Below, piece after piece: positions 49,615 through 59,445 of a stretch of DNA of 64,000 nt. Below the pieces are notes generated by a model. It saw only the letters and a list, made by a program, of their open reading frames with translations, had not been told where the DNA came from and ran no database searches. Origin of the DNA: an uncultured Mycoplasmatota bacterium (GTDB taxonomy: Bacteria; Bacillota_I; Bacilli_A; RF39; UBA660); contig CAMKMS010000002.1 of the NCBI GenBank assembly GCA_946413985.1, positions 42,094 through 106,093 on the forward strand. The letters are read 5' to 3'. Numbering within the stretch: the stretch's first letter is position 1; each line of letters begins with the position of its first letter. A program made the translations under genes and the position numbers.

Positions 49615-49852
49615 GTTAAAAATTAAAGGAGTTTATAAACATTTTAAGGGAGATTATTATATAGTAGAAGATGTCGCTAAGTACTCAGAAACTTTAGAAG
49701 ATTTAGTTATTTATAGAGCTTTATATGGAGATAACACTTTATATGCAAGACCTAAGGATATGTTTTTAAGTGAAGTAGATCATAAAAAATATCCTGAAGT
49801 TAAACAAAAATATAGATTTGAGCTTCAAAAAATAAAAAGTGTAAAAGAATAA
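49607..49852 (+). CDS. DUF1653-like small protein
   Basis: Conserved aromatic pattern ([12 protein letters not shown]) typical of DUF1653. Confidence 0.45.
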   Translation: MNKLKIKGVYKHFKGDYYIVEDVAKYSETLEDLVIYRALYGDNTLYARPKDMFLSEVDHKKYPEVKQKYRFELQKIKSVKE

Positions 49853-50523
49853 TGAATATAGAAGAAGAAGTATTTAAAAAATCAATATTTAATTTTGAAA
49901 AACTATTAGATTATGGATTTATAAAAAATAATAATACATACTATTATAGTAAGAATATATTAAATGATTCTTTTAAAATAGAAGTAATTATTGATAAGAA
50001 TAAAGTTAAAATTAAAGTAATAGATTTAATAGTTAAAGAAGAATATATATCTTATAGAATTAGTGAACAAAATGGAAAGTTTGTAGATGATATAAGAAAT
50101 ACTATAAAAGAGTTGTTAATTGATATTAAAAATAAATGTTGTATTAATAATCTATTTGTTTTTGATCAAACTAATAGGATAGTTGATTATATTTATAAAA
50201 AATATAATGATAAACCACTATTTTTATTTGATGATTCTTCTGACTGTGGAGTATTTAAGAATTTAAAAAATAATAAATGGTATGGAATTATAATGACTAT
50301 TGATAAAAGTAAACTTGATAAAAATAATAATGGTAAAGTTGAAATAATAAATCTAAAAATCGATAGTGAAGAAATAAAACAATTATTATTAAAGAAAGGT
50401 TTTTATGAAGCATATCATATGAATAAAAAGTATTGGATAACTCTAATATTAGATAATTCTATTAATGATGAAGAGATAAAAAGATTAATAGATGAAAGTT
50501 ATAATAATATTTTAAAAAAGTAA
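49852..50523 (+). CDS. hypothetical protein
   Basis: A 223-aa ORF translationally coupled to the upstream gene. Confidence 0.4.
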   Translation: MNIEEEVFKKSIFNFEKLLDYGFIKNNNTYYYSKNILNDSFKIEVIIDKNKVKIKVIDLIVKEEYISYRISEQNGKFVDDIRNTIKELLIDIKNKCCINNLFVFDQTNRIVDYIYKKYNDKPLFLFDDSSDCGVFKNLKNNKWYGIIMTIDKSKLDKNNNGKVEIINLKIDSEEIKQLLLKKGFYEAYHMNKKYWITLILDNSINDEEIKRLIDESYNNILKK

Positions 50524-50636
50524 TTATTAAATAAAACTATAATTATTTTTTTAATGGAAATCTATTCTTGACAAAACAAAACTAAATCTTTATGATTATT
50601 TAGTGAGGGAATGAAATTATAAGAAAGGGTGAATGT

Positions 50637-52655
50637 ATGAAAAATCTTGTTATAGTAGAGAGTCCCAGTAAGAGTCATACTATTGAGAAATATTTAGGTA
50701 GTGACTATAAAGTACTTAGTTCAAAAGGACATATTCGTGATTTATCAACAACTGGTAAATATGGACTAGGAATTGATTTAGAAGATAATTATAAACCAAA
50801 TTATATATTGATGAAAGGTAAAGGAAAACTAGTTAGTGATCTTAAAAAAGAAGCATCAAGCGCTGATAATGTAATACTAGCAACCGATCCAGATAGAGAA
50901 GGAGAAGCTATTAGTTGGCACTTAAAAGAAGCTTTAAAGTTAAATGATAATAATTATGGTAGAGTTGTTTTTAATGAAATAACAGAACCAGCAATTAAAG
51001 AAGCTTTTCTTCATCCAAGAAAAATAGATATGAATCTTGTTCATAGTCAAGAATCAAGAAGAATATTAGATAGAATTATAGGTTTTAGATTAAGTAAACT
51101 TATGCAATCTAAAACAGATGGAAAAAGTGCCGGAAGAGTTCAAAGTGTAGCATTAAAATTAATTGTTGATAGAGAAAGAGAAATTGAAGCTTTTATTCCA
51201 GAACAATATTTTACTATAGAAGCTGATTTTAAGGATTTTAAAGCAGAACTAAAAAAATATCAAGGAAAAGATATTGAAATTAAAACTAGTGTTGAGGCTG
51301 ATGAAATATTATCAAAATTATCAAATGCATTTAATATTGATAATGTTGAAACTAAAGTAAAGGAAAAACCAAGTAAACTTCCATTTACTACAAGCACTCT
51401 TACACAAATGGCATCAACTAGACTAAACTATCCTTCATCAAAAACAATGAGTATTGCTCAAAAACTATATGAAGGTATTAATATTGGTAGTGAAACTGTA
51501 GGTTTAATTTCATATATGAGAACAGACTCTATTAGACTTTCTGATATTTTTGTTAATGATACTAAAAAATATATAGCTTCTAATTATGGAAAAGAATATA
51601 TTGGATATACTAAAACTAGTAAAAAGACAGATAATGTTCAAGATGCTCATGAAGCAATTAGACCAACTAGTATTTATAGAACGCCTGACTCTATTAAAAA
51701 GTATTTAACTCCTGAAGAGTATAAATTATATAATTTAATATATATTAGAACTCTAGCATCCTTAATGGCTGATGCTAAAGTAAATCAAACTATTGTTGAT
51801 TTAGAAAATAAGGGTTATATTTTTAAAGCGACTGGACAAATATATATATTTGATGGATATTTAAAAGTATATAAAGACTACGAAGAAGTAGACGATGTTG
51901 TACTTCCTGATTTTGCAAGTTATAAATCAAAAGTAATAGTTTGTAGCAGTATTAAGAAATTAGAACACTATACTGAACCTAAGCCTAGGTTTACAGAAGC
52001 TAAATTAATTAGTGAAATGGAAAAGCTTGGAATAGGTAGACCTAGTACGTATGCAAAAATAATTTCCTTGCTAAAAGAAAGAAAATATGTTATAATCAAG
52101 GACAAGAAATTTTTCCCTACAGATGTGGGAGTAAAAGTGACTGATAAATTACAAGAATTCTTCTCTTCATTTATCAATGTTAACTATACAGCTGGTATGG
52201 AAAAAGATCTTGATTTAATTGCTGATGGTAATCTAGTTTGGTACAACGTAGTTGATGAATTTTATAAAGATTTTGAACCATTATTAAAAGTTGCATTTAA
52301 AGAAATGGAAAAAGATGCTCCAGAAGAGACTGGGGAAGTTTGTCCAAATTGTGGAAAACCATTAGTAATAAGAAATGGAAAATTTGGAAAATTCACAGCA
52401 TGTTCAAATTATCCTGAATGTAAATATATAAAAAAAGAAGAAAAAAAGATCATTGAAATATGTGATTGTCCTAAATGTGGACACAAGATAATTGAAAAGA
52501 AGTCTAAAAGAGGAAAAGTATTTTATGGATGTAATAACTATCCAAAATGTGATTTTGCTCTTTGGGATAAGCCAACTGGAGAAAAGTGTAGTGAATGTGG
52601 TGGATTAATTGTTGAAAAAAAGAATAAAAAATATTGTTCTGAGTGTGGAAAATAA
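50637..52655 (+). CDS. topA: DNA topoisomerase I
   Basis: It has a Toprim N-terminus (VIVESPSK), the active-site Tyr region, and three C-terminal C4 zinc ribbons. Confidence 0.9.
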   Translation: MKNLVIVESPSKSHTIEKYLGSDYKVLSSKGHIRDLSTTGKYGLGIDLEDNYKPNYILMKGKGKLVSDLKKEASSADNVILATDPDREGEAISWHLKEALKLNDNNYGRVVFNEITEPAIKEAFLHPRKIDMNLVHSQESRRILDRIIGFRLSKLMQSKTDGKSAGRVQSVALKLIVDREREIEAFIPEQYFTIEADFKDFKAELKKYQGKDIEIKTSVEADEILSKLSNAFNIDNVETKVKEKPSKLPFTTSTLTQMASTRLNYPSSKTMSIAQKLYEGINIGSETVGLISYMRTDSIRLSDIFVNDTKKYIASNYGKEYIGYTKTSKKTDNVQDAHEAIRPTSIYRTPDSIKKYLTPEEYKLYNLIYIRTLASLMADAKVNQTIVDLENKGYIFKATGQIYIFDGYLKVYKDYEEVDDVVLPDFASYKSKVIVCSSIKKLEHYTEPKPRFTEAKLISEMEKLGIGRPSTYAKIISLLKERKYVIIKDKKFFPTDVGVKVTDKLQEFFSSFINVNYTAGMEKDLDLIADGNLVWYNVVDEFYKDFEPLLKVAFKEMEKDAPEETGEVCPNCGKPLVIRNGKFGKFTACSNYPECKYIKKEEKKIIEICDCPKCGHKIIEKKSKRGKVFYGCNNYPKCDFALWDKPTGEKCSECGGLIVEKKNKKYCSECGK

Positions 52656-52687
52656 TAATTTGATTAAAAAAGGGGGATAAGATTATT

Positions 52688-53209
52688 ATGTTTGAAGAAG
52701 AGGTAATAGGGTTCTTTAAAAGACACAATTTATATGAAGAAAAAATGTTTATGTATCTAAAAGATCATATTGATATGATTGACTATAATGATGAAGATCT
52801 AAGAGTATTAATTGGAACAGCATATGCTGTTAATAAAAAAAACAGAAAAATAATTAATATGAGAATTTGTATTCCATATTGTCAGGATGAAATTACTGCA
52901 TTAATTTGTATTCATGAAATAGCACATGGTATATATGGTTATAAAAAATTAAACAAAAAATATAATCCACTTGAAATAGAATTGTTACCAATGATTTTAG
53001 AAAGAATATACATAGAAGAAAAACAATCAAATAATTTAAAAAAGTACGCCGATTTTTTAGATAGTATAATTGATGAAGAATCTGATGAGAAATATAGATT
53101 TGGACTTGAAAATAGAGGCTCTTTAGAAGAAAGAGACTTAAGAAATTTTAAATCAATAGACCGTTCAACAAGAAAATTAGCAAGAAGATGGAAGAGAAAT
53201 AATAGGTAA
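52688..53209 (+). CDS. hypothetical protein with an HExxH motif (putative small zinc metallopeptidase, ImmA/SprT-like)
   Basis: The motif HEIAH is present in a 173-aa protein. Confidence 0.35.
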   Translation: MFEEEVIGFFKRHNLYEEKMFMYLKDHIDMIDYNDEDLRVLIGTAYAVNKKNRKIINMRICIPYCQDEITALICIHEIAHGIYGYKKLNKKYNPLEIELLPMILERIYIEEKQSNNLKKYADFLDSIIDEESDEKYRFGLENRGSLEERDLRNFKSIDRSTRKLARRWKRNNR

Positions 53210-53255
53210 AAATGTAATTTTTTACCTATTATTATTTAAAAAATCACTAAAATGC

Positions 53256-53283
53256 TTGCTTTTTTCAGTAGTTATGCTACAAT
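53256..53283 (+). promoter_or_regulatory. candidate strong promoter for hup
   Basis: A -35 box TTGCTT lies 16 nt from an extended -10 TGcTACAAT. Confidence 0.45.
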
Positions 53284-53340
53284 TAATATGTAAGCATCGT
53301 ATGTCCAAAATGATGCTAAAAAAATGGGAGGTAATTTACG

Positions 53341-53613
53341 ATGAGTAAAACTGAATTAGTAGAATTCGTTGCTGCTAAAGCCGGATTAACTAAAGCTGAT
53401 GCAGGAAGAGCATTAGATGCTGTTTTAGAAGGAATCACAAGCGGACTTAAGAAAGAAGGAAAAGTTACATTTGTTGGATTCGGAACTTTCACAGCTAAAA
53501 AAAGAGCTGCAAGAGAAGGAATCAATCCTTTAACTAAAGCAGCTATCAAAATTCCTGCAAAAGTTGTTGCTGGATTTAAAGCTGGAAGCAAATTAAAAGA
53601 TGCTTTAAATTAA
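53341..53613 (+). CDS. hup: DNA-binding protein HU
   Basis: The motifs GFGTF and AAR.GINP are present in a 90-aa protein. Confidence 0.95.
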   Translation: MSKTELVEFVAAKAGLTKADAGRALDAVLEGITSGLKKEGKVTFVGFGTFTAKKRAAREGINPLTKAAIKIPAKVVAGFKAGSKLKDALN

Positions 53614-53615
53614 TG

Positions 53616-53637
53616 AAAAGCCATTAAGGCTTTTTTT
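53616..53637 (+). terminator. putative terminator after hup
   Basis: The hairpin aaaagcc-attaa-ggctttt is followed by T7. Confidence 0.4.
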
Positions 53638-53674
53638 AATGCAATTTATTTATATTTGTGGTAATATATATATT

Positions 53675-54724
53675 ATGAAAGAAATAATGGAAATATTGAA
53701 TAAAAATGGTTATTTAGCGTATATAGTTGGAGGATATGTTAGAGATTATCTTCTTGGTATTACGTCTTTTGATGTAGATATTTGTACTAACGCCCCAATA
53801 AGTGAAATTGTTAAAATGTTCGATGGTAGAGGTAAGGCTTATCCACAATATTATGCTTATCATATTTCAGAAGGTGATTATGAGTATGATATAACAACTT
53901 TTAGACGTGAACTTAGATATAAAAAAAATAAACCTGTTGAACTAAAGATTGCAAAAAATTTAAAAGAAGATTTATTAAGAAGAGATTTTACTATAAATAC
54001 ATTTGCAATGGATAAGAATGGATATTTTATTGATTTGCTTAATTCAAAAAAAGATTTAGATAGTAAAATTATAAAATGTGTTGGAGATACAGAAAAGAAA
54101 TTTGAAGAAGATAAAACTAGAATAATTAGAGCATTAAGATTTGCATGTACGCTTGATTTTGAATTATCTGATGAAATAATAAATTTTATATCTAAAAAAG
54201 CTTACATATTAAATGATGTACCAAAAGAGTTCAAACGTAAAGAATTAGATAGAATATTTGATAGCGCTGGATTGGATAAATTTTTATATTATGTCAGAAG
54301 ATTTGAAATTCAAAAATACTTTAATATTGATTTTGTTAGAGTTATTCATTCTTATAATAAATATGGAATATGGGCACAAATGAATTCTGATTTACCATTT
54401 TCAAAAAATGAATTAAGAATTATTAATTCAATAAGAAGTATCATTTCAAAAGGAAATATTACAATGGATGATATAAAAAATAATAGTGAAGAAGTATTAT
54501 TGAATGCATCATTTATTTTAAATCAAGTAGACAGATTAAAAGTATTAATGGAAATTAGTAAGTTACATAGCTTTATTGATATGGATGCTGATATAGATTT
54601 ATTTTTTAAATATGTAAATACTAATGATGTAGTAAAAACATATAGAATTGTGGAAAGAAGAATAATTGAAGGGTATTTAAATAATGATATGTTAGATATA
54701 GAAGAGTTTTTAAGGAATTTGTAA
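53675..54724 (+). CDS. cca: CCA-adding tRNA nucleotidyltransferase
   Basis: The motif GGYVRD is present. The start was chosen at MKEIMEIL, downstream of the hup terminator. Confidence 0.8.
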   Translation: MKEIMEILNKNGYLAYIVGGYVRDYLLGITSFDVDICTNAPISEIVKMFDGRGKAYPQYYAYHISEGDYEYDITTFRRELRYKKNKPVELKIAKNLKEDLLRRDFTINTFAMDKNGYFIDLLNSKKDLDSKIIKCVGDTEKKFEEDKTRIIRALRFACTLDFELSDEIINFISKKAYILNDVPKEFKRKELDRIFDSAGLDKFLYYVRRFEIQKYFNIDFVRVIHSYNKYGIWAQMNSDLPFSKNELRIINSIRSIISKGNITMDDIKNNSEEVLLNASFILNQVDRLKVLMEISKLHSFIDMDADIDLFFKYVNTNDVVKTYRIVERRIIEGYLNNDMLDIEEFLRNL

Positions 54725-54727
54725 GTT

Positions 54728-55330
54728 ATGAGTGATTTAAGAAAAATATTTGAAACTAAGGATTTTATTATTAATACCAATATTATTAAGAATATTAGTC
54801 ATCTAGATATAGATTTAGATGAGTTTTTGCTTATTTTATATTTTATTAATATTTCATGTAATTTAAATACTGATGATATAAAAGAAAAATTATGTTTTGA
54901 TGAAGAAAAAATTAGTAATACTTTTACTAAATTAGTTAATAAGAAATATATTGAAATGATTGTAACAAATAAAAATGGAGAAGTTATAGAACAAATTAAT
55001 TTAGATCCTTTTTATGATAGATTATTATTAAATAGTGAAGTTGAATCAAATAAGAAAGAAAAAGATTTATATTTCTTATTTGAAAGTGAACTTGGAAGAA
55101 CTCTTAGTTCTTTTGAATATGAATTAATTAATAAATGGTTAGAAAATGGTGTAAGCGAAGAAACAATAAAAAGAGCTCTAAAAGAGGCAATATTAAATAA
55201 TGTGAGGAATTTTAAGTACATTGATAAAATAATCTATGAATGGTCTAAAAATGGCTTTAAAAGTCGTAATAAAGATGAAAAATCTTTAGAAGAAATGTTT
55301 GAATATGATTGGTTAGATGATAATGAATAA
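54728..55330 (+). CDS. dnaD: DnaD-domain replication initiation protein
   Basis: It has a C-terminal DnaD-like domain (YIDKIIYEW) and lies upstream of nth, as in B. subtilis. Confidence 0.6.
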   Translation: MSDLRKIFETKDFIINTNIIKNISHLDIDLDEFLLILYFINISCNLNTDDIKEKLCFDEEKISNTFTKLVNKKYIEMIVTNKNGEVIEQINLDPFYDRLLLNSEVESNKKEKDLYFLFESELGRTLSSFEYELINKWLENGVSEETIKRALKEAILNNVRNFKYIDKIIYEWSKNGFKSRNKDEKSLEEMFEYDWLDDNE

Positions 55331-55931
55331 AGAAAGTATAACAAGTTATTTAGATTCATTATTTGAAGATCCAATTTGCGAATTAAACTATACAAAAGAT
55401 TATGAACTTGTTTTATCAGTTATGCTTTCTGCTCAAACTACAGATAAAGGTGTTAATAGAGTAACAAAAGAATTGTATAAAAAATATGATTCACTTGAAA
55501 AATTAAATACTTTAAGTGTAAAAGAGATAGAAAGTTATATTAAAAGTATTGGATTCTATAGAAATAAATCATTGAATTTTAAAGGTATTGTTGAAAGATT
55601 ATTAGAAATTGGATATGTTCCTAATGATAGAAAGTTTTTAGAAAGTTTACCTGGAGTTGGTAGAAAGACAGCTAGTGTTGTTTTAGCTCATTTATTTAAT
55701 GAACCATCTTTCGCAGTAGATACACATGTTTATAGAGTATCTAAAAGACTTGGTATTACGAAGGAAAAAGATGATGTATTAAAAACAGAAGATAAATTAA
55801 AAAAGTTCTTTAATAAAGATGAATGGAATAGGGTTAATAGTCAATTAGTATTATTTGGAAGATATTATTGTACTAGTAAGAAACCAAAATGTGATAGATG
55901 TCCTTTTAATAATAAATGTAAAAAAAGATAA
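55317..55931 (+). CDS. nth: endonuclease III
   Basis: The HhH-GPD motif LPGVGRKTA is present with a C-terminal 4Fe-4S Cys cluster. Confidence 0.9.
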   Translation: MIMNKESITSYLDSLFEDPICELNYTKDYELVLSVMLSAQTTDKGVNRVTKELYKKYDSLEKLNTLSVKEIESYIKSIGFYRNKSLNFKGIVERLLEIGYVPNDRKFLESLPGVGRKTASVVLAHLFNEPSFAVDTHVYRVSKRLGITKEKDDVLKTEDKLKKFFNKDEWNRVNSQLVLFGRYYCTSKKPKCDRCPFNNKCKKR

Positions 55932-55949
55932 TCAACTTGATTATCTTTT

Positions 55950-58787
55950 TTATTCTACTATAACAGTTTGTTCCATTAACTTATTAATATAAGCACCATT
56001 GTATACAAATGATACAGTATATGCTATTATGTAAGTTCCTGGATTTTGTGTTAAATCATTAGGTGTTATCGTTGATAATTCTCCATCTTTAGAAATACTA
56101 GAGAGTATCACATTTAAATTTGTTATGCTTTGTTTTATTTCAACTCCATCATATTTAATACTTGTAACTGATGAATCATTAAGTTCATTAAAGTCTGAAT
56201 CTTTAGTTAGATTTAAGTTTAAATCTTTCATAGAAATTGTAATTTTTTCTTGATCAACATTTTCTCCTGATGGAGCATAGTCAAATACTACCTTATATCC
56301 ATCACTAGCATTTTTCTTAAATCTTGAGTAAACACTTTTTACTATAACGCCATCATATATTCCATTATATTTTGTAGTATCAATTGAATATGATGTTTTT
56401 TTAGTCCATCCAACATATGTTGTTTTAGTTCCTGATGTCAAATAAACATTAAATCCAAATGTACCCATTTTACTTCTGTTATATGAAATTCTTTCTTTTA
56501 AATATTTCTCTGGTTTAATCTTCCAATTATCATTAAAATAATTTGTTAAGTATTCTACATCTACAGCACTTGGTGTTCCTGGTGAAGCCCAAGATAAATT
56601 AATAGAATTAGTACCAAATGAATATGTAACATTGCTTGGATTAGATAATTTACTAAATCTTTGAGATACTTCAGATGGTCCAGTATTTCCAACAAACATA
56701 AATGTTCCAATTAAACTATCTGGAGTATATGCACTAGGTTTCTGTGCAGGTATTGTCTCAAGTTCTACTTTAGCTGTTGTTAATCCTGCAGGTCTTGTAA
56801 ATGTTGAATTTTCTTCATATATTGCTTTTGATAATTCAGCTTGAATAGTAATTCTTTCTGTGATTGATGGACTATTAACTAAATAATATTTTTTCTTAAC
56901 ATTTTCTTTTGATAAGCTATCAGTATATCCATACCATATTGACATTGAATAATCTTTTGTGAATCCTGCAGTCCACATATCTGGAATAACTGTATCATTT
57001 AATCCATATTTTCTAAGTTGTGAATAATCATATGAAGTAGTTCCTGTCTTTGTAGCAATTTGAGTACCACTTACTTTAACTCTATATGAAGTAGCGTTTG
57101 TTAAAATACTTGCAATCATATAAGCAGTTGTTGGTTTCATTACTTGTTCTGATTTTATATTTTTCTTTACAACTTCTTCTGTTTCTCTATAAACAATTTT
57201 TGTATATGTATGAGGTGTATATCTTTTTCCATTATTACCAAAGGCTGAGTATGCACTAGCAAGTTGAATAGGTGAGACACCATTAAATGCACCTATTGAG
57301 TAAGATTCTGGAAGTTCAGTTTTTCCTTCAGGTAATATGTCATTTACATAATCTATTCCAAGTTTTAAACCAAACTCAATTTTTTGTTCATTTGTAGTTA
57401 ATCTAAATGCTTGAAGAGCACATGTATTCATTGATTGTTGTAAGCAATCTTTCATTGTCATAAATCCACTATATGAGTTATTAAAGTTTTTAATTACTCC
57501 ACCACCATATGGTGTTTCATCATTTATAAATGGTCCATATGTACTTAAATTTGTATATTCAATAGCAGGTCCATAATCAATAATAGGTTTAATAGTTGAT
57601 CCTGGTTGACGTTTAATTTGTCCACTAAATGTTGCTACGTTTAATGTCATTGCTTTCTTTTTATAACGTCCTGCACCAACTGCAATAACTGCTCCAGTAT
57701 CATTATCTATTACACCAACACCAACTTCAACTTTTTTATCTTTAAAGTCATGTGTTTTATAAAATTTATTAATGGCATTTTGTTTCTTTGTGACCATTGT
57801 TGTATATATATCCATTGGTACTTCATATGGATTATTATCTGTATCATCTATTATTTCTTGTACAACTGTATCAATAAATCCTTGATATTGGTTAGATGAT
57901 TCAGAACCCACATCTAAGAAATCTTTAATATGTACAGCAATTCCTGCCTGATATTGTTCATCAGTTATATAACCGTGTCTTTTCATAAGATATAATACAG
58001 TGTTTTTTCTTTCATTTGCATCGTCAGGATAAACATAAGGATTATATCCATTTGGAGATTGGAACATTCCGGCAAGTTGAGCTGCTTCAACTAAATTTAA
58101 ATCTCCAACTTTTTTATTAAAGTAATATTTACTAGCAGCACTAACACCATATATATTTCCACCTAAACAAGGGTTATTAATATAATATTCAAATATTTCT
58201 TCTTTTGTAAGATTTTTTTCCATTTTGAATACTGACATATAGATATCTCTAAATTTTCTTACAATTCCTTCAATTCCAGATGCCTCTGTAGAAGTGAATG
58301 CTAATTTAGATAGTTGCATTGTTAGAGTAGAAGCACCACCACCACCACGACCCATTACTTGGCTAATAGAAGCTTTTATAAATCTTGGAGCATCAAATCC
58401 ATTATGCTGAAAAAATCTTGAATCTTCTGTTGCTATAATTGCATCTATTAAAACTTGAGGTAATTCATCATATGTTATTTTTTCTCTTTGTTCTGTTCCA
58501 AGTGTCGCAAATAGTTTTCCTTTTGAATCAAATAATCTTGATGGTTCTTTTTCAAACATTTTTTCTATATTATATTCAGGTGCACTTTTAACAATATAGT
58601 AGCAAAAACCTACGCCTCCAATAAATAGAGCAATTGCAAATAATACAATTAATACAAGTAACCAGTAAAAAAATCTAAATCTTCTTCTTCTGCGTTTTTT
58701 TACTTTTTTGGTATTAGTATTTATTACTAAATCATTTTTTTTCTTTTCAGATTCTTTTTTAACCTTTTTAAAATTTATTTTTTTCAT
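55950..58787 (-). CDS. ponA: class A penicillin-binding protein 1A (bifunctional GT51 glycosyltransferase/transpeptidase) with a C-terminal extension
   Basis: The GT51 motifs EDSRFFQHNG and GASTLTMQL are present, and the transpeptidase motifs are STIKP and KTGT. Confidence 0.9.
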   Translation of the reverse strand: MKKINFKKVKKESEKKKNDLVINTNTKKVKKRRRRRFRFFYWLLVLIVLFAIALFIGGVGFCYYIVKSAPEYNIEKMFEKEPSRLFDSKGKLFATLGTEQREKITYDELPQVLIDAIIATEDSRFFQHNGFDAPRFIKASISQVMGRGGGGASTLTMQLSKLAFTSTEASGIEGIVRKFRDIYMSVFKMEKNLTKEEIFEYYINNPCLGGNIYGVSAASKYYFNKKVGDLNLVEAAQLAGMFQSPNGYNPYVYPDDANERKNTVLYLMKRHGYITDEQYQAGIAVHIKDFLDVGSESSNQYQGFIDTVVQEIIDDTDNNPYEVPMDIYTTMVTKKQNAINKFYKTHDFKDKKVEVGVGVIDNDTGAVIAVGAGRYKKKAMTLNVATFSGQIKRQPGSTIKPIIDYGPAIEYTNLSTYGPFINDETPYGGGVIKNFNNSYSGFMTMKDCLQQSMNTCALQAFRLTTNEQKIEFGLKLGIDYVNDILPEGKTELPESYSIGAFNGVSPIQLASAYSAFGNNGKRYTPHTYTKIVYRETEEVVKKNIKSEQVMKPTTAYMIASILTNATSYRVKVSGTQIATKTGTTSYDYSQLRKYGLNDTVIPDMWTAGFTKDYSMSIWYGYTDSLSKENVKKKYYLVNSPSITERITIQAELSKAIYEENSTFTRPAGLTTAKVELETIPAQKPSAYTPDSLIGTFMFVGNTGPSEVSQRFSKLSNPSNVTYSFGTNSINLSWASPGTPSAVDVEYLTNYFNDNWKIKPEKYLKERISYNRSKMGTFGFNVYLTSGTKTTYVGWTKKTSYSIDTTKYNGIYDGVIVKSVYSRFKKNASDGYKVVFDYAPSGENVDQEKITISMKDLNLNLTKDSDFNELNDSSVTSIKYDGVEIKQSITNLNVILSSISKDGELSTITPNDLTQNPGTYIIAYTVSFVYNGAYINKLMEQTVIVE

Positions 58788-59317
58788 ACAGTCTCCTTAA
58801 AATAAGCTTCATCTACAGTATCTAAGTATTTAAGTCTTGGTAAGTAGCTTTCTTTAATCTTATATCCTTTTTCCTTTATATATTCAAATCCTATTGATTT
58901 TTTATCGCTATTATTTATATATTCAATTATATCATTTCCTTTAAGTAAATAAAATTCATTATTCATATATATTATTAAAAAAACAATTCCTTTTTGTTTT
59001 ATAACACTTTTTATGTGTAAAAGTTGGTGATTTTTGATATTTGAAAGAGGAAAAGATGTTTTTGAGTGACATTCTTTTGCATCAAATTCAATATATTTTT
59101 CTCTATATATTCCATTATAATCTAATGTAGAAATACTAGAATATACAGCTTTGTCGATTAAATGAGAATTATTATTTGGATAAGTAACATTTAATACTTT
59201 AACTGGAGTAGGTTTTTTAAATATAAGACACTTTTCAATACCATTATAATAAGTATTTGATTCGTTTATTATATTTTCTAAAAACATACCTCTATTTGAG
59301 AATGATTTGTTTTTCAT
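58784..59317 (-). CDS. recU: Holliday junction resolvase RecU
   Basis: It is 177 aa and is translationally coupled upstream of ponA, the classic recU-ponA arrangement. Confidence 0.75.
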   Translation of the reverse strand: MKNKSFSNRGMFLENIINESNTYYNGIEKCLIFKKPTPVKVLNVTYPNNNSHLIDKAVYSSISTLDYNGIYREKYIEFDAKECHSKTSFPLSNIKNHQLLHIKSVIKQKGIVFLIIYMNNEFYLLKGNDIIEYINNSDKKSIGFEYIKEKGYKIKESYLPRLKYLDTVDEAYFKETV

Positions 59318-59445
59318 TTCTTCACCAATAATATTATACTATATTTATATATATTTTTCCAATTAATGATATTTTTGTTGTAAAGTATCTTTCAATTAAT
59401 AGCAGAATATGTTATTATATTATCGTAGATAGTAGAGGAGTTTAT

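Noticed and set aside
53316-53591. A 91-aa minus-strand ORF overlapping hup
   Set aside because: It is a mirror-frame artefact. HU on the + strand is unambiguous.
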